From positions 319,625 through 383,624 of the forward strand of contig NMRA01000353.1 in assembly GCA_002633005.1 (NCBI GenBank): DNA of 64,000 nucleotides. The letters are read 5' to 3'. The notes beneath the pieces were generated by a model, which saw only the letters and a program-made list of their open reading frames with translations, was not told where the DNA came from and ran no database searches. Each line of letters opens with the position of its first letter. Position 1 is the stretch's first letter. The translations under genes were made by a program, and so were the position numbers. The DNA is from Phoronis australis. Taxonomy: Eukaryota; Animalia; Phoronida. Positions 1 to 13,600 of the stretch are shown here, piece after piece.

Positions 1-303
1 TAATATATAGTTAAACCAAGCTGAGGAGCTTGAAACCTGCTTTACGGCAATTTTTGGCAGTCGTATTTTCTGAAAAATGCTCGTAAGTTGACAACAAAGT
101 TTGATAGCAATGCACTGCAGTTTTGTAGAAACTCTGTTCATAGGTTACAGATGCGTCGCAGAGCGTAACTTTGATGAATTCTAGCTTACGATTTCACCTG
201 TTTCGGAGACCGGGTTTCAACCACTTTTAGGCTATAATAAGCACCCCCTTCCTGAAGCGGATTTTTCTAAGCACCCTGGCCGCTTATTAGGGCGCATACG
301 GTA
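1..303. mobile_element. Terminal part of a pogo/Tigger-like MITE
   Basis: Ends in GCTTATTAGGGCGCATACGGTA with AATAAGCACCC subterminal motifs; family assignment from recalled pattern only. Confidence 0.35.
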
Positions 304-566
304 ATATTTCATGTTACAATAGGAGTGGGATTGGCTCATTATGTACCCTACAGGTGGCATAGGACTTTACAAAACTGGTTGAAGAATTTTGTTTTCGTCA
401 TAAACGTTCGTTTGAAAGGCTTAAGTTTAGAAATGTTAGGACTTAAGGCGGAAATTTAAAAAAAACATATGTCTGCTTACAAAAAATTTAACATTGAATA
501 ATAAAAACAACCTTTACACCCCTCTGGTGTTCCTGTTCCATGTTTTCAAAGAAGTTGGTTGCATTT

Positions 567-1345
567 TCATAGACTGCAGTCGAGAGATTTTGTGCGGCAT
601 ATATTCGACATGAAATGAGTGTGTAACCTGCTGTTGAATTGCGAGATAGATTTTGACTGGTCCGGGTGGTTATTTATGAAGTATTATTGTAATTTTTATT
701 TATGTTAAAGGTTTTATCAGCGTTCTATTTATTTGTACACGAATGTGAATTTGTTGAAATCGCTGATCCAAATCCTGGCCAAATGTGCGCATTCTGCTGA
801 GACCAACCGTCTGATCAGGGCCAGCGAAGAGTAATTTGGTTAATTCGCTCACTAGGCTATGGCTGAACTTCCTCGTAAGGACAAGAGTTTACGAAGAAAT
901 TTAGCGGATAATTTTCGTCAAAAAGTTTACCAGATAGTTTTCATCAAAACGGAGAAAACAAAAATGCATTTGTGAAGACAGGATTAAGTAGTAGAGTCTC
1001 TTAAAAACATTCAACTTCGAAGTGCCTTGAACAAATGTATAAAGTCTTATTGCTGAAACAACTGCCATTCACCTTGACTCAAGAAGTAAGGTTTTCTTCC
1101 CACTGCCGATTATGGGGTCTTCGGATGCTATTGAAGCTAATTCCTTTGCATTTCGCTTGTGTGGCCGAACAACCGGCCACACAGTACCGACCATAATTAG
1201 CAGACGACGTACTTGCCGGAAATTGCACCAGATAATTTAGCCAGGTGTCGCCAGTGAATAATGACGTAAGGGCTTGTGCGTAAGGTCACAGATTTCGTCC
1301 ATTGAAAGTATACGGAGTTGGCGGTCCTTGTACTATAGTCTATGG
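567..1345. mobile_element. Non-autonomous DNA element with CATAGACT...AGTCTATG ends
   Basis: 1170-1345 is closely similar to 49680-49855; short inverted termini. Confidence 0.5.
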
Positions 1346-1572
1346 TGCAATGCCCTTTGCTGTACATGCGATTGTTGCGCGTGCTCATTTAAGTATGCTA
1401 TTTTCACGTACTATGACGTCAGCCGCTGAGTGGTGTAGTGGTAAAGTCGGCGACTCGAAACTCTAACGCTCCTCGGGCGATAATTCTCCAAAATCCACTC
1501 GGGCTCTAGATAACGGGGGATAACGACTTCGCCATGTAATAATCTATATTTTATTTGTTATCTTTGTTTCAG

Positions 1573-1637
1573 AAGATTTCTCAGTTTACAACAGAGGGCG
1601 TTGTAGCGGCCCCGTTTACACCGTTTACGTCGGATGG
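1573..1637 (+). CDS. NPL: NPL-like exon (KISQFTTEGVVAAPFTPFTSDG)
   Basis: tttgtttcag acceptor (an alternative in-frame AG would start at 1585); phase-2 donor GG|gtaagt; AAPFTPF motif. The start-codon exon was not identified. Confidence 0.88.
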
Positions 1638-4600
1638 GTAAGTATTCACTTTAGTGTTATGAGGATTCTACGACTTGTCGTAGCTAAAAGCATCGGATAG
1701 AAACCCATTCCAAGACGGATAGTAAAACTGATTCTGTGATCTCACCTAAAGTTCGAAACTTCAAGTAAGTGAGACGAAGTCTCCTCGTCCGCACACATAT
1801 TTGTCTAGTATTTCTTAAAAAAATTAAGTCACGAAAACTGCGCAAAGTCACCTCAGCAAATCTTTGCCTGGTAGTGAAGGGCAGTGGCATCTGATATTCA
1901 CTAGATAAAAAGAACCTCGTTTTCATTACCTATCATAGCGGATAGCCTTGCCAATATTCAGCGACAATGTCATCGTGCTTCAAACCCATTCAGAATCGAG
2001 CCTCTAACCCAAAACGGTTTCCAATTAATCGATTCTAAAAGAAATTCGGATTCCCGCCACCAATTCTTTGAAGATCTGGTATACACAGTGTAAAAACTGT
2101 AAATTTGTTTGAGATAACGGTAAAAAACAATTCGTTTTTAATTTGCGAGGGCATATGTTGAGAATAGCGATTAAAAATGCTTACTTGATTTTTTTAATTC
2201 TAGTAACTTTAAAATGATTCATATTTACTTTTTGTTGATGCCATTGACCTGAACACCAATTTCCATGACTGTTCTCTTTATTTCCATACTAAACGCCGCG
2301 TATACATCTTTGTTGAACGTCAAAGAAAAAAGTCCTTTAGATAGAACTGAAATGTATGCCAGTTACAGAATCACCAAATTAAATTGCTTTTTTCTGTTTT
2401 TCAGAGAAATTGATTTCGACAAATTCGGACCTTACATCGATCACTTAGTTGAATATGAATGCAAAAATCTTTTTGGTAAGTTTCTCTATATTTCTCACGG
2501 AATGTCGATTGTCGGTAAAGATGTATTCCCCAGTGGCTATAGATAGTTATTGATATATTCCCCAGTGGCTATACAGCTATTGATGTATTCCCCAGTGGCT
2601 ATACAGTTATTGATGTATTCCTCAGTGGCTATATAGTTATTGAATATAAGCTAGTTCGTCACTCCCAGTAAGTCCCGTCCACACACAGACTAGCACTAGT
2701 ACAACTTTTTTCACTTTAAGCGGGGCGTCCATACATATATCTGATAACTAGTGCAAGGCGGAAGTTGTCGCTCTGCGCATTCGCGGAAACTTTAACAATG
2801 AACAGGGCAGAGTTCAGCGTTAGGACCTAGCTAGGACCTCGCTGCAAAAGCAAGACTTCGTGATATTACGTAAGATTTTGTCGTGTATTTTTAACGAGAG
2901 CACGTAATTTTGGTTAGATTTTCTTGCCTCGAGCTGAGACAGGTATGGAACTCTACTCAGGATACAGGGGCGGATACAGGTTTTTGAGTTGGGGGGGCAG
3001 GGCTCAGGAATAACCAGAATTTCGCGTCATACCCGGCCTAAAATGTAGGCCCCCTTGGCCCCCCCAAATCCGCCACTGAGATAGAGTTCAGTATCTGGCT
3101 CGCGGTGAGAAAAATCTGGCTAAAATGAACAACGGGCAGGTCGACTTATTTAGCGCATATGTCTTACTAAGGGGGGCGGGGGGCGAATTGGAAAACTGGT
3201 TTAGGATGAAAGAGTTTATATTTCGGCTGTGTTTCAAAAATAGTGAATTTGACGTTATTTTCTAGAAATTCTTACAATATTCAAGGTGAATAGCTCACGT
3301 TTTTGTATAAGTCTTTGCATCCGGAATTTTTAATGAAGAACGTGGCTGGACCTAACAGCACCAAAGGTCCAATTACTATATAGATATGTATTGTTTTTTT
3401 GACGAATGCATCACTTAACTCTTCACAGCAACTTCTAGGGATCGATAATCTAAAATCTTTTTTATCGGAGCCTCTCTCGTCCATTACCATTTTATGTTAC
3501 TATTACACACTATATTATTTGACAGTACAAGTTAATTAGTGGACTAATTAGTTAATTTATCAGCCAAATAGTACGGGAAAGGTTTCATTATTACACTTTT
3601 GACGTTTTCACATTTTTGGTAACGCTCTTGGTTTTTAGAATTACAGAGTACTTTTTAACCCTCAGCGTTCTGGCGCAGTGTCGGCTAACAAGGGAAACAC
3701 AGGTGATTGTACAGTATGCTTTATTCGATTTACTTGTACAGTGACCCTAAAATGAAACGAACAAAGCAAGTTACGAAATATACTACAAGCAAAGTTGACG
3801 ACAGTGTATACAAAAACCGTTATTTACACCAACCATGAAAATGTAGAGGTAACAAAATGGCAACATCAGTTGACCTTTGACCTTTAATATGCTAGGTAGG
3901 AACATAATGATATATCCACAAATTCACGAAATATCAAATTACACTAAACAGTTTAACCAAGATAAAGGTGCAAGAAACTAACTGGTTTGTGAACTGCAAT
4001 CTCAAGGTCACAGTGAACAACGAAGGAAGAAATACGGCGAAAGTAAATGGAGAAAAAATACTAAAACTAGGGACACGTGAGAATGCAATGCACAAACCAG
4101 AAATATTACAACAAATAAGCAGGAAAGAACACTACTTACATCATGAAAACCTTACAAGTTCACAACAAAGAGTGTGTGAAGACTAATAACATGCCTATAC
4201 TGCACACAGGTCAGAATACGAGTGAATAGAACTGGCGGGTAAAACGCTTTTAAATGCCAGTACCAGATCTGGGGGCATATAACCTGTATTTAACGGAGTA
4301 GTGGGGTTATCCCATTTCCAACGCTTTGAGTAACTCAAGCAACACGGCACAAAATTTCGTGTACACCCTAACAAAAATTTTGTCAAGTCATTCTCCCATT
4401 AAATATTTTCTTCCGATCATGGAGTTTGATCACTCATTTAAGCACGCATGGTTCGATTGATAACGCTCAGTAATCCAGAAAGAGAACCGTCATGGCATCT
4501 TCGCTTGTGGGATAGGCCTACGAACACCGTCTCATCTCATTAAAACGGAGCTGAGAGTCATCGTCGTGTATACGAATTTCCCTTCCGTCGAGTTGAGTTG

Positions 4601-7600
4601 CGTAAGGGCGCTACAGAAAAATCTACATTGCAAACGTTTGCGAAATATAATCAAAAGGTCCACCGCTTTATAAATTCTAACCACCCCCCACAATGCTAGT
4701 TACGGGCCTGTAATTGAAAGCGACGTCATCTTCTTGCGTATCACCTTTGTGGCGTAGATTGGCACTCAATAGTTTTTTGAGCCACAGTCGAATCCCCCCA
4801 TTTCATAAGAAATTGGCGCCTGGTGGATTGACTGGACATTTTGAGATTCAGTGTAAGTGTGGTGGCTATGAATGGCATTTAGCTATTTTTCTTACAACCG
4901 TGGCTTGCTGTAGGTATAAAAGCAAAAAAACCCACTTTGGATGCATTTTGTAGACTGTAGGCAAGCTTTATGTATAGTCAGTACCTGCATATGTTTCATA
5001 TTTTGTGATTTTGTTGTTGAAAAGAAATAAACTACTTTCCCTCAGTTTACCCTGCCTGGGGAGGTCAAAGTGAGGAAAAACTGTTGAGTACCTCCAAGAA
5101 GTGTACGAAGAATTGTACTACACTCCATGGTTCCTCCTAGTGTGCGGGAAAACAATGAACAAACATGGTGCCATTAGAACTTTACCGTTCAATGACTTAC
5201 TAGACTATGCCAGTGTAATATAAAATTTTGACCCCTTGGAAAAATAACTTGGGGTCACATTTTCAACGTTAAAAAATGGTAGTTTTTCCCCTACCAACCC
5301 CTACTGCTGGGTGCAACTCTAAAATCAACCAACTGGATACATCGCTGCAATTTATTCCCTGTTGCTGGTCACGAAATCAACCAATTCTTCGTCAATGAAC
5401 ATAACTAAGCAAACAAAAGGAGATACTATTTATTGCTGGTGGGAAAGTGAGCTTTGGAGTCCCCTGGAATTATTGCGGGGCTAACATAAAAAATTGGGAC
5501 ATTTAGACCGTGTGGTCCTGCAAACGGAGCTGAAACCCCTTCCCGCAATTTCGGACAAGAATGCGTCCATTTTTTGAATATAGGTGGTCCTCCAGGTATC
5601 CCACAATCCGCCAGTGGGTATCTGGGAAAAGTTGTCGCAGAGACAACCAGGAAGGAGTTTACCGCGACCTCAAGCAAGATGCCCGAACGTCGGCTCCAGA
5701 GTTTTTCACTTGGGTATTCAAAGACAATCGAATTATGAAACCCGTCCTCAGTGGCTATGAGATTGCGTTACTGTTGTTTACTGTCTGTCGACACATGGGT
5801 AGATTCAGAAAAGTAGTTCTCACCTCTTGTCTCCGGTCAACCCCACTATTTATTTAGTCCGAGTACGTTAGTGATGCTTCCCAATACCCTTGGGGCCTCA
5901 TTAGACGCGGGGCCCCTGTACCTGAGTATAGTGATTACTACAGTAAATGCTCCTGTTTCAACCTGTAACGCATAGGCCTACTGGAAAATTTGGGACCGAT
6001 TTTCATGCGTAAAACTGAGTGAGCGCGACTTTTGACAATTATGAACCAGTCAGTGGAAATGCCCCGGGATTTAGAAGAAGAGGCCCAAATTTGAGCACAG
6101 GCTAGGGCCCCAGTTATCGTTAATCCGCCACTGGTGCTACCTAAACCAAAGAAACCACATAATGTCACGGAATATCCGTCCTCTTTTTATCCGTTACTAT
6201 ACGAAACCGGGGGTGGGTCATTTTGACGTTGAAAAAGTAGCCCGGATCATATTTCGACGTTGCACAGGTTCTGAACGTCTGATAACATCTGGCTTCTTTG
6301 TTAACTACTGAACAACATGCAAACATGCAGACCGATTATCTACCACGCCTCAAAGAGTTACTGAAACTGTTATGCGTTCTGACAAAATAGATTGTCTTCT
6401 CTGCTGCGAATCAGTTGTCGAACTTTTTGTTATGAAGTGCTGTTTTGCATTCTGGGTAACACTTTTGTTCTCGCACACCACGTCACAAGTATACATTAGA
6501 CCACAAAATATTCCAAAACATAGATGGAATTTGTTCGGAAGAAGCTTTCGTTGATTGCAGTGCTAGACTCACTTTGTATGAAACAAAAAATCCATCTTGA
6601 ACCCTATATTTCATAGCAAGGAACATCACCGGAAAAAAGCGATGCAAACAACTCCCACGCATGCACGGCGTCACCTTAGCCAAGCGTGATCGAACTTGGC
6701 ATTCCAGCTCCTAGAGTTCTATGACCAGACGGAAACGGTTACTCAAAGATACTTGAAATTAACAGTACCACTAAGAACGTGTATTATGAGAACTGTATGT
6801 CTAATAATTATCTGAGTGACGAACACGTGCTTAAGAAGATTGTAAGGTATAACGTGATAGATGGAATGTATTATCAGAATATAAAGTCACGTCACCTTGT
6901 CATGGAAAACAACCCCAGTCGTGAAAGATTACGACCAGTGGCCAAATGTAATGTTGTTTACCAATTCACACGTCATATGGACGAATGTCTTCCTCATTCT
7001 CGTGAACAATGTTACATTGGACACACGGTGTGTTCCCTCTTGCGTCGGTTGTCCATGTAGTTGCAGGACGGGTCCATCCAAGATCATTTTGTACACCAAA
7101 ATGGTCGAAGAAGAACTAGGCAAGAAATAATAAACAAAACCATCTTTCGCTGTGTTGAAAATGACACATTTCGGCTAAAATTTTTGGAATCCTTATTGAT
7201 CACTCAGTCACGAAAATCTGTGTTGAATAAGCAGCTCAAAGTGTGTACCACACGCTGGCTCTGTTTCGTTAAGGTTGTGGGCTTCCTGCTGTGTGATACA
7301 TTCACACTCTCTGCCTGTATGCTCCTCTTCCTGCTGTCACGCGTATTTCACTGTTTATTTCGCTTCGTATATGTTCATTCCACTTATTGCCTGATGATGT
7401 GACATGCAGTCTCGAAGTATAGCTAGTATTTTAATTTGTTTGTTTGTTATGTCTCTCAGTGTTTTGCTACATAGCTGCACACTTGACGAAAGGAGATTGT
7501 TTCGACACTACGAGCGACTCTGTATCAATCTTTTAAACAAAAGCTTTACTCGTGTTTTCAATGACGTTTATGCTAATGAAGGGCTGCTGCTGAACTGTAC

Positions 7601-10600
7601 TGAAAGCAACTCTGTGTAGATCTAAAACAAAATAAATCGCTGGAAGCAAACTTAATTCCGACGACATGCTTAAAGCGGCAATAAACCCGCATTCCGTACA
7701 AGAAGCTAAATTTCATTTAGATCACATTAGTCCCCACTTGTTTTATATTCGGATGAGAAGCGACTGAATTGGAAAATAACTGACATTTATTATTCATTGA
7801 GACCGTCCTCGGCACATAAAATAAAGGCCGTGACAAGCCAACTAGTAAAAAACCTGATCTCGAGCAAAACGAACTGTCAATTCCGTTCGAAGCCCTGAAA
7901 TCATCACCAGTTTTACTACGGGGAAATTTGATGCCAATTTCATATAGCGGTAAATGGTCTAGATCAAAAGCAGTTCCTAATTCTTGAGCGAACCATCACT
8001 TCTTCTCGATTGCTTGCTAGGCAATATTGTTCGTGTCACATCCGTGGAATCAGGCTGAGCTAAACTAAAATTATTTTATTAAACAGTTAAAACTGTTTTA
8101 TAGGTTCAGCAATGTACTTTTGTATCGGTGAAAGCGTCTAACACCCCTCCCAGTAGACTTGCTTGATATCCCCACCGTGACACGCGAGACATCAAATGTA
8201 CTAAAATCATATGCCGCGAGCATTGTTCTTGCGGATGGACGCTGTGGGTGTCATGTGGCCATCAAGAGGCCACAGCCGTTGTCTTTGTCTGTGATCAAGA
8301 AGTTCAGCCTCGCCCACAAGCTTCAAGATAACGCTCATCGGTTTAGCCTAAGCCGATCAGTGTCATCTTGAGGGTTGGGGACGAGGTTGGAAGTTTTTCA
8401 ACTGTCTGCACATTTTCCATCTACGCCAAAGTGTTGCGTTGGTGTGGATTTTGCCACTTCTCGGAGGCATATCAGTCCGTGCTTAATTTTTAAGAGAGCC
8501 ACCGCCTTGATGTTCATCACTGTAACGGTATACCTAGGAGATGAGATTAGTGAACACAGTGTCCCTCCATGATATCGCTCCAATTACTGTTCTTCTTTAC
8601 TTGTGCACATTTAGTACTGGGCACTACTGGAGAAGGTCTCAACATGACGGTGGAAGAGAGGAAGCTAGTTACAGAAGAATGGATGAAGGCAAAGTCACGG
8701 TAAGGTGTCCCAGCAACTGCACGGATTTTTTTTTCAAATCAAGATTGTTTGTTGGCTTCCTATTGTTTCGATTATAGGCGCACGCTCCTAAGCTAAAAGT
8801 ACAGTTACCTTGCAGTCGCACGGCTTGTCTCCCTGCTACAAGGTGCATGGTTTAAACTGTTATAACAAAATTGTCAATAATAACATACAGACAATACAGG
8901 TTAAGAAAAGCATGGCTATTTGACACATACACGCACACATGCACGCACGCATAAGCGATCTCTGTCCAGCCTCGGCTGCTGTATCTCCAAAACCCTTTGG
9001 AGGAACTTCATCAAATTTGGTAGTTGTGTTTCTTTGGCGATGACTACGGATGACGACAGCTTTTGGACGATTCTGTGTCCGCCAGTGGAAATTTTATTAT
9101 TTTACATTTGCCTCTACCATTTTCGTTATTGACTAGTGAGCCTCTATCGCCCAAACCACTCGATGAGAAGACCACGACTGACCTTTATTTCGATCGGGTC
9201 CGAATACTGTGGCGCCCCCTAATGGCAATCCACGGCTGTCTGTTAAACCTCTTGCATGATCTTTGTGAATTTGCCAAGTGTATTGTTATGAATGTTGCAA
9301 CAGATGACGAATTCTTTCTGACGGATCCAACTGCCGCTGTGTCTCAAGTATATGTTTTATCGTTTGCCTCTGTATCTTTGGAGTTACGTGGCGGATTTTC
9401 AAGAAATGAGGCGAACAGGTTTCCTTAGGCATACGGCATCGTCTACCTGTTTTCTTAATCTGCTCCACTTAGCAGCGATTTTATGATGGTAATAAACACC
9501 ATTAGAAGCATACCGTTTATGGTGCAGCCGTCTGTNCTCGATGAGAAGACCACGACTGACCTTTATTTTCGATCGGGTCCGAATACTGTGGCGCCCCCTA
9601 ATGGCAATCCACGGCTGTCTGTTAAACCTCTTGCATGATCTTAGTGAATTTGCCAAGTGTATTGTTATGAATGTTGCAACAGATGACGAATTCTTTCTGA
9701 CGGATCCAACTGCCGCTGTGTCTCAAGTATATGTTTTATCGTTTGCCTCTGTATCTTTGGAGTTACGTGGCGGATTTTCAAGAAATGAGGCGAACAGGTT
9801 TCCTTAGGCATACGGCATCGTCTACCTGTTTTCTTAATCTGCTCCACTTAGCAGCGATTTTATGATGGTAATAAACACCATTAGAAGCATACCGTTTATG
9901 GTGCAGCCGTCTGTGCATTTTAAGAGACGCCTTGCTTTGCTCTTGTGATTTAAAGTCATCGGTTTTCAGCTATTATTACTGTAAATGTTCCTGGTTTTCC
10001 AGCATTGCATGGACTTGGCAATTAAGCTGGGTCCTTTCGGAATACCACAAGAGCAGATAACCTGTCAGTATTACATAACCGCTAATATCAACAATCATTA
10101 TGATTCTGGTCCACAATGACCGACGTGATCACGTGATTGTTATGTTGTCTGCTTTTTGCTCAGTTACATCCTACATTTGCTATTTCTTTCTGTGGTATGC
10201 AGGTTGTTGAAAGTTGTGATACAAATCGGCGCAGGAAACATGAAAGATAGTATGGAATTAGTAAGTAAATCGTAAAATGTATTTTTGTAAAATGTTTGTT
10301 TTGCTTTGGTTATTCAAATCACGACTTAAGCATGCTTTAATGACATGATTATTTTTTGCACACGGCAGTCTCTAGTTTGACTTAAGAGACTTGAAACCCC
10401 ACGTCTGTGTTTTTACATTCCTAAGTGATAAGAAGTTATATACTAAGAGTCATGCGTCTCCGTTATGAACTACTTTTGGTCATCTGGGGCCGTTACACCC
10501 CATTCGGATGACCTAGGCAGAGATGTTCTTGCAGGAGCTCCAACGGGCTCCTAGCCAACCAGCTACGTATGTAGACCTGCGTCAAAATATATTTGTAGTT

Positions 10601-13600
10601 TTTGTGCCAATCCTAGTCTAGCGTAAAGCCTCAGTAGTAGTAAATGGCCTGGACAGTTATTATTTCGAGTATCCCAGGTCAAGAAACACAATCTGAGGTC
10701 GCATTGTCGGCCTGCAGGCTACAACAAGTCGACGGCAGTACTTAGTCTATACTATGAGGTCACGGCAAGCTCAAAAGAGTCCAAAAAACAAGTAACAATG
10801 AATCTCGTCCTAACGCGTGCAACCAAAAGAATATAAAAATGGAAAAAATACTCTATTTACTAGGTGGTAACTCCGCCCTTAAATAGTATAAAAGCACGCC
10901 ATCTCTGCGTGGTGGTAATTCTACAATTTCTTCACAACATCCCTTGACGGAAAAATTACATAAAAGGTAAGTTTTTGACGTTTTGTCCCAACGAATTTTG
11001 AAACTTGATGTTTTAAAGATAATCTTTCCTATTGTGTAAATACTAATTAAGGATCGCTGCTAACAAGTAAATTTAGTATTTTTTTCTATTTTTAAATTTT
11101 GTCGGTTGCCACGCGTTAGGCCGGGGTTCACTGTTATTTGTTTTAGACTCCTTTAGCTTGCCGTGACCTCATAGCGTAGTACTGCCGTCGACTTGATGTC
11201 ACTTGCTTATTTTTAGCCCAGTCATCTCGCCGATATTGTCCTTCGATGATCATCAGCCACTCAGCTTACTTAGTGTTGTCGAGTGATTTCGCATTGTTCA
11301 TCGTTTATTTTTGTTCTGAGTGTAAATCTGTATTGAGTGTTGTTTGTTTAATAAATATATAAAACAATTATTGTTATCTTTGCAATCAAACCATGCTGAT
11401 AAACATCACGGGATACTGTTCAAGTGACATTTTTTGTTTTTTTCCTTCCATCTACTTAGATCATGAGGTAAAACAATAAAATGACGACACGTCCTCAGGT
11501 GCAAAACAAAATGGCGACGACTCCTCATTGACTTTTGGTTGACCCGAGGCGTGACCTCTTTCCGGGCGCCTCCGCGGGACCTCACAGGGATCCTCGAAAT
11601 AATACCTGTTAGGGCCATTTACTACCACTAGCCTCTATTAACATTACAGTCTAAGGAGACCATTTGGTCAAATTTTACGCACATTCCTATTCCAACATTT
11701 CAAATTGTACTAGTCTTATTTCTCAGACTTCAAATAATTTTTAAGAGACAAATATTTATCCCATTGGTGTAAATTGCACCTGCTTGTTTTTAGATAACCT
11801 TTATGGAGTACGAAAATAGAAATAAGCTATATTGTAAAGCAAAACGATGTGTTCTTCATGAGTGCCATGGTGAGAAATGGACCTGGTGATCACAATCCGT
11901 GTGTATCATGCCCTGTTCACCATACCCCGATTATGACTTAAGCATATGTCTGTTACACAAGTTATGCCAGTTCAGTTTTTAAAAGCAGGCTTTTTATGTT
12001 TAGCTTACTTAGATACATTGGTTGTCTGATCCTTGATCGACCTTCAAATAATCAGAAGTCTAAGTAACTGTTCACCAGGCTAATGATCGTAAAGTGCGAG
12101 CCACTGTCTAGGCTAGTTCCCAGCACAACATGGCGCATACATTGGTAGACAAGACATGCAACGCGCACGATCGACGATAGCACTCTTCAATAATTCTCGC
12201 CCATTCTTACCTCGGTTTTCGTGGCGTGTGTTCAGTAACAGATGCTTCTTTTACTCGTTAAAGGCGCAGCACGCCCAGGCTCTAGGCGCAGATGCTATCT
12301 CATGTGTGGCTCCTTCATATTACCGACCAGAAACAGAAGGTAGTGCAAAGTTCATTCTAGCTGATTCGTTTGCTTGCAAGGCTAGATTCGTGTGTAACAC
12401 TTAAAAATTACTGTTTCAAAATAACTTTTCCAGGCTTCATTCAGTATGTCTAACGGAGTTTTCTGCAACCATGCCCATCTTTGGATACGCCCAGTGGGCG
12501 TATATAAGGAAAGCTATTGCAAAATGTGTTTTCAGTCATATTTTTCATAAGAGTTGTCTTAGTAACGAATTTGCAATGGTTATACCTACCGTACCCTCTG
12601 TAGAATGGTGATAGAAATTACCGTTTATATAAGCTGAAATGATTGTAATTGTTACGGAATTTAAAACAAAATAAATGTCGGATTTGGTGTCAATTTTCCT
12701 TCCTGTTGTGTCCGTTCTCCCAGTACCTTTTGTCATTCAGATTTTAATCAAACGTTGTTTTTGATAACTCAGACCCGAAATAATGGAACTGTGGTCTCAC
12801 TGCTGGCTGAAAGGTTAAAGACACTCTGTCGGCTTCGTTTTTGTTAAATTCAGCACCATTTGAATTACAGTGTAAACTAGCTTGATTAAAATGTATTTTC
12901 ACGTTATCCGCCGTGACAAGCCGGCTCGTAGATTACCTCGTCTCAAAGCGTCACCTTTAAAGTGACTACTAACGCACGTTACCCGCCGTGACAAGCCAGC
13001 TCGTAGACAACCTCGTCTAAAAGCGTCACCTTTAAAGTGACTACTAACGCACGTGACCCGCCGTGACAAGCCAGCTCGTAGACTACCTCGTCTCAAAGCG
13101 TCACCTTTAAAATGACTGCTAATGCACGTGACCCGCTGTGACAAGCCGACTCGTAGACTACCTCGTCTCAAAGCGTCACCTTTAAATTGACTACTAACGC
13201 ACGTGACCTGCCCGTGACAAGCCGCCTCGTCTCAAAGCTATAAAGAACTGTCAATTCTTTCGAAGCTCTGAAATCAGTTCCATTTTGACGAAGTCTAAGA
13301 AACAATTTAAGACCAATTTCATGACGGCATATGGTCTGATCAAAAGTTTTTTTGAAGGAAGATGTGTTTATAGCAGTTTTAAAGTTTTTTACGACTATTT
13401 CAGAACAGCTGGTAGACTACATGCAGAACGTTGCTTCGTGTGCACCGACTACGCCATTCTACCTGTATGACATCGACTTTATGACCAATATTAAGCGTGA
13501 GTGTTATTTCGGCCTGGTAAATGTCATCAGTGCAAACTGGCTACAATTTGAAAGTTTTAGACGTAATATCAAATCACCGAACATTGCATACATGCCTACT

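Noticed and set aside
341-354. ATG...CAG|GT as the NPL start exon
   Set aside because: It gives a phase-1 donor, incompatible with the phase-0 acceptor at 1573
1422-1510. tRNA gene
   Set aside because: Only an A-box-like TGGTGTAGTGGTAA; no B box or cloverleaf, so at most a SINE remnant
9159-9914. Recent 378-bp tandem duplication with duplicated ORFs
   Set aside because: A single N at the junction and only two differences point to an uncollapsed contig or haplotype overlap
12899-13238. CRISPR-like or repeat-protein reading of the tandem arrays
   Set aside because: Units are contiguous with no unique spacers, there are no cas genes, and the context is a eukaryotic intron
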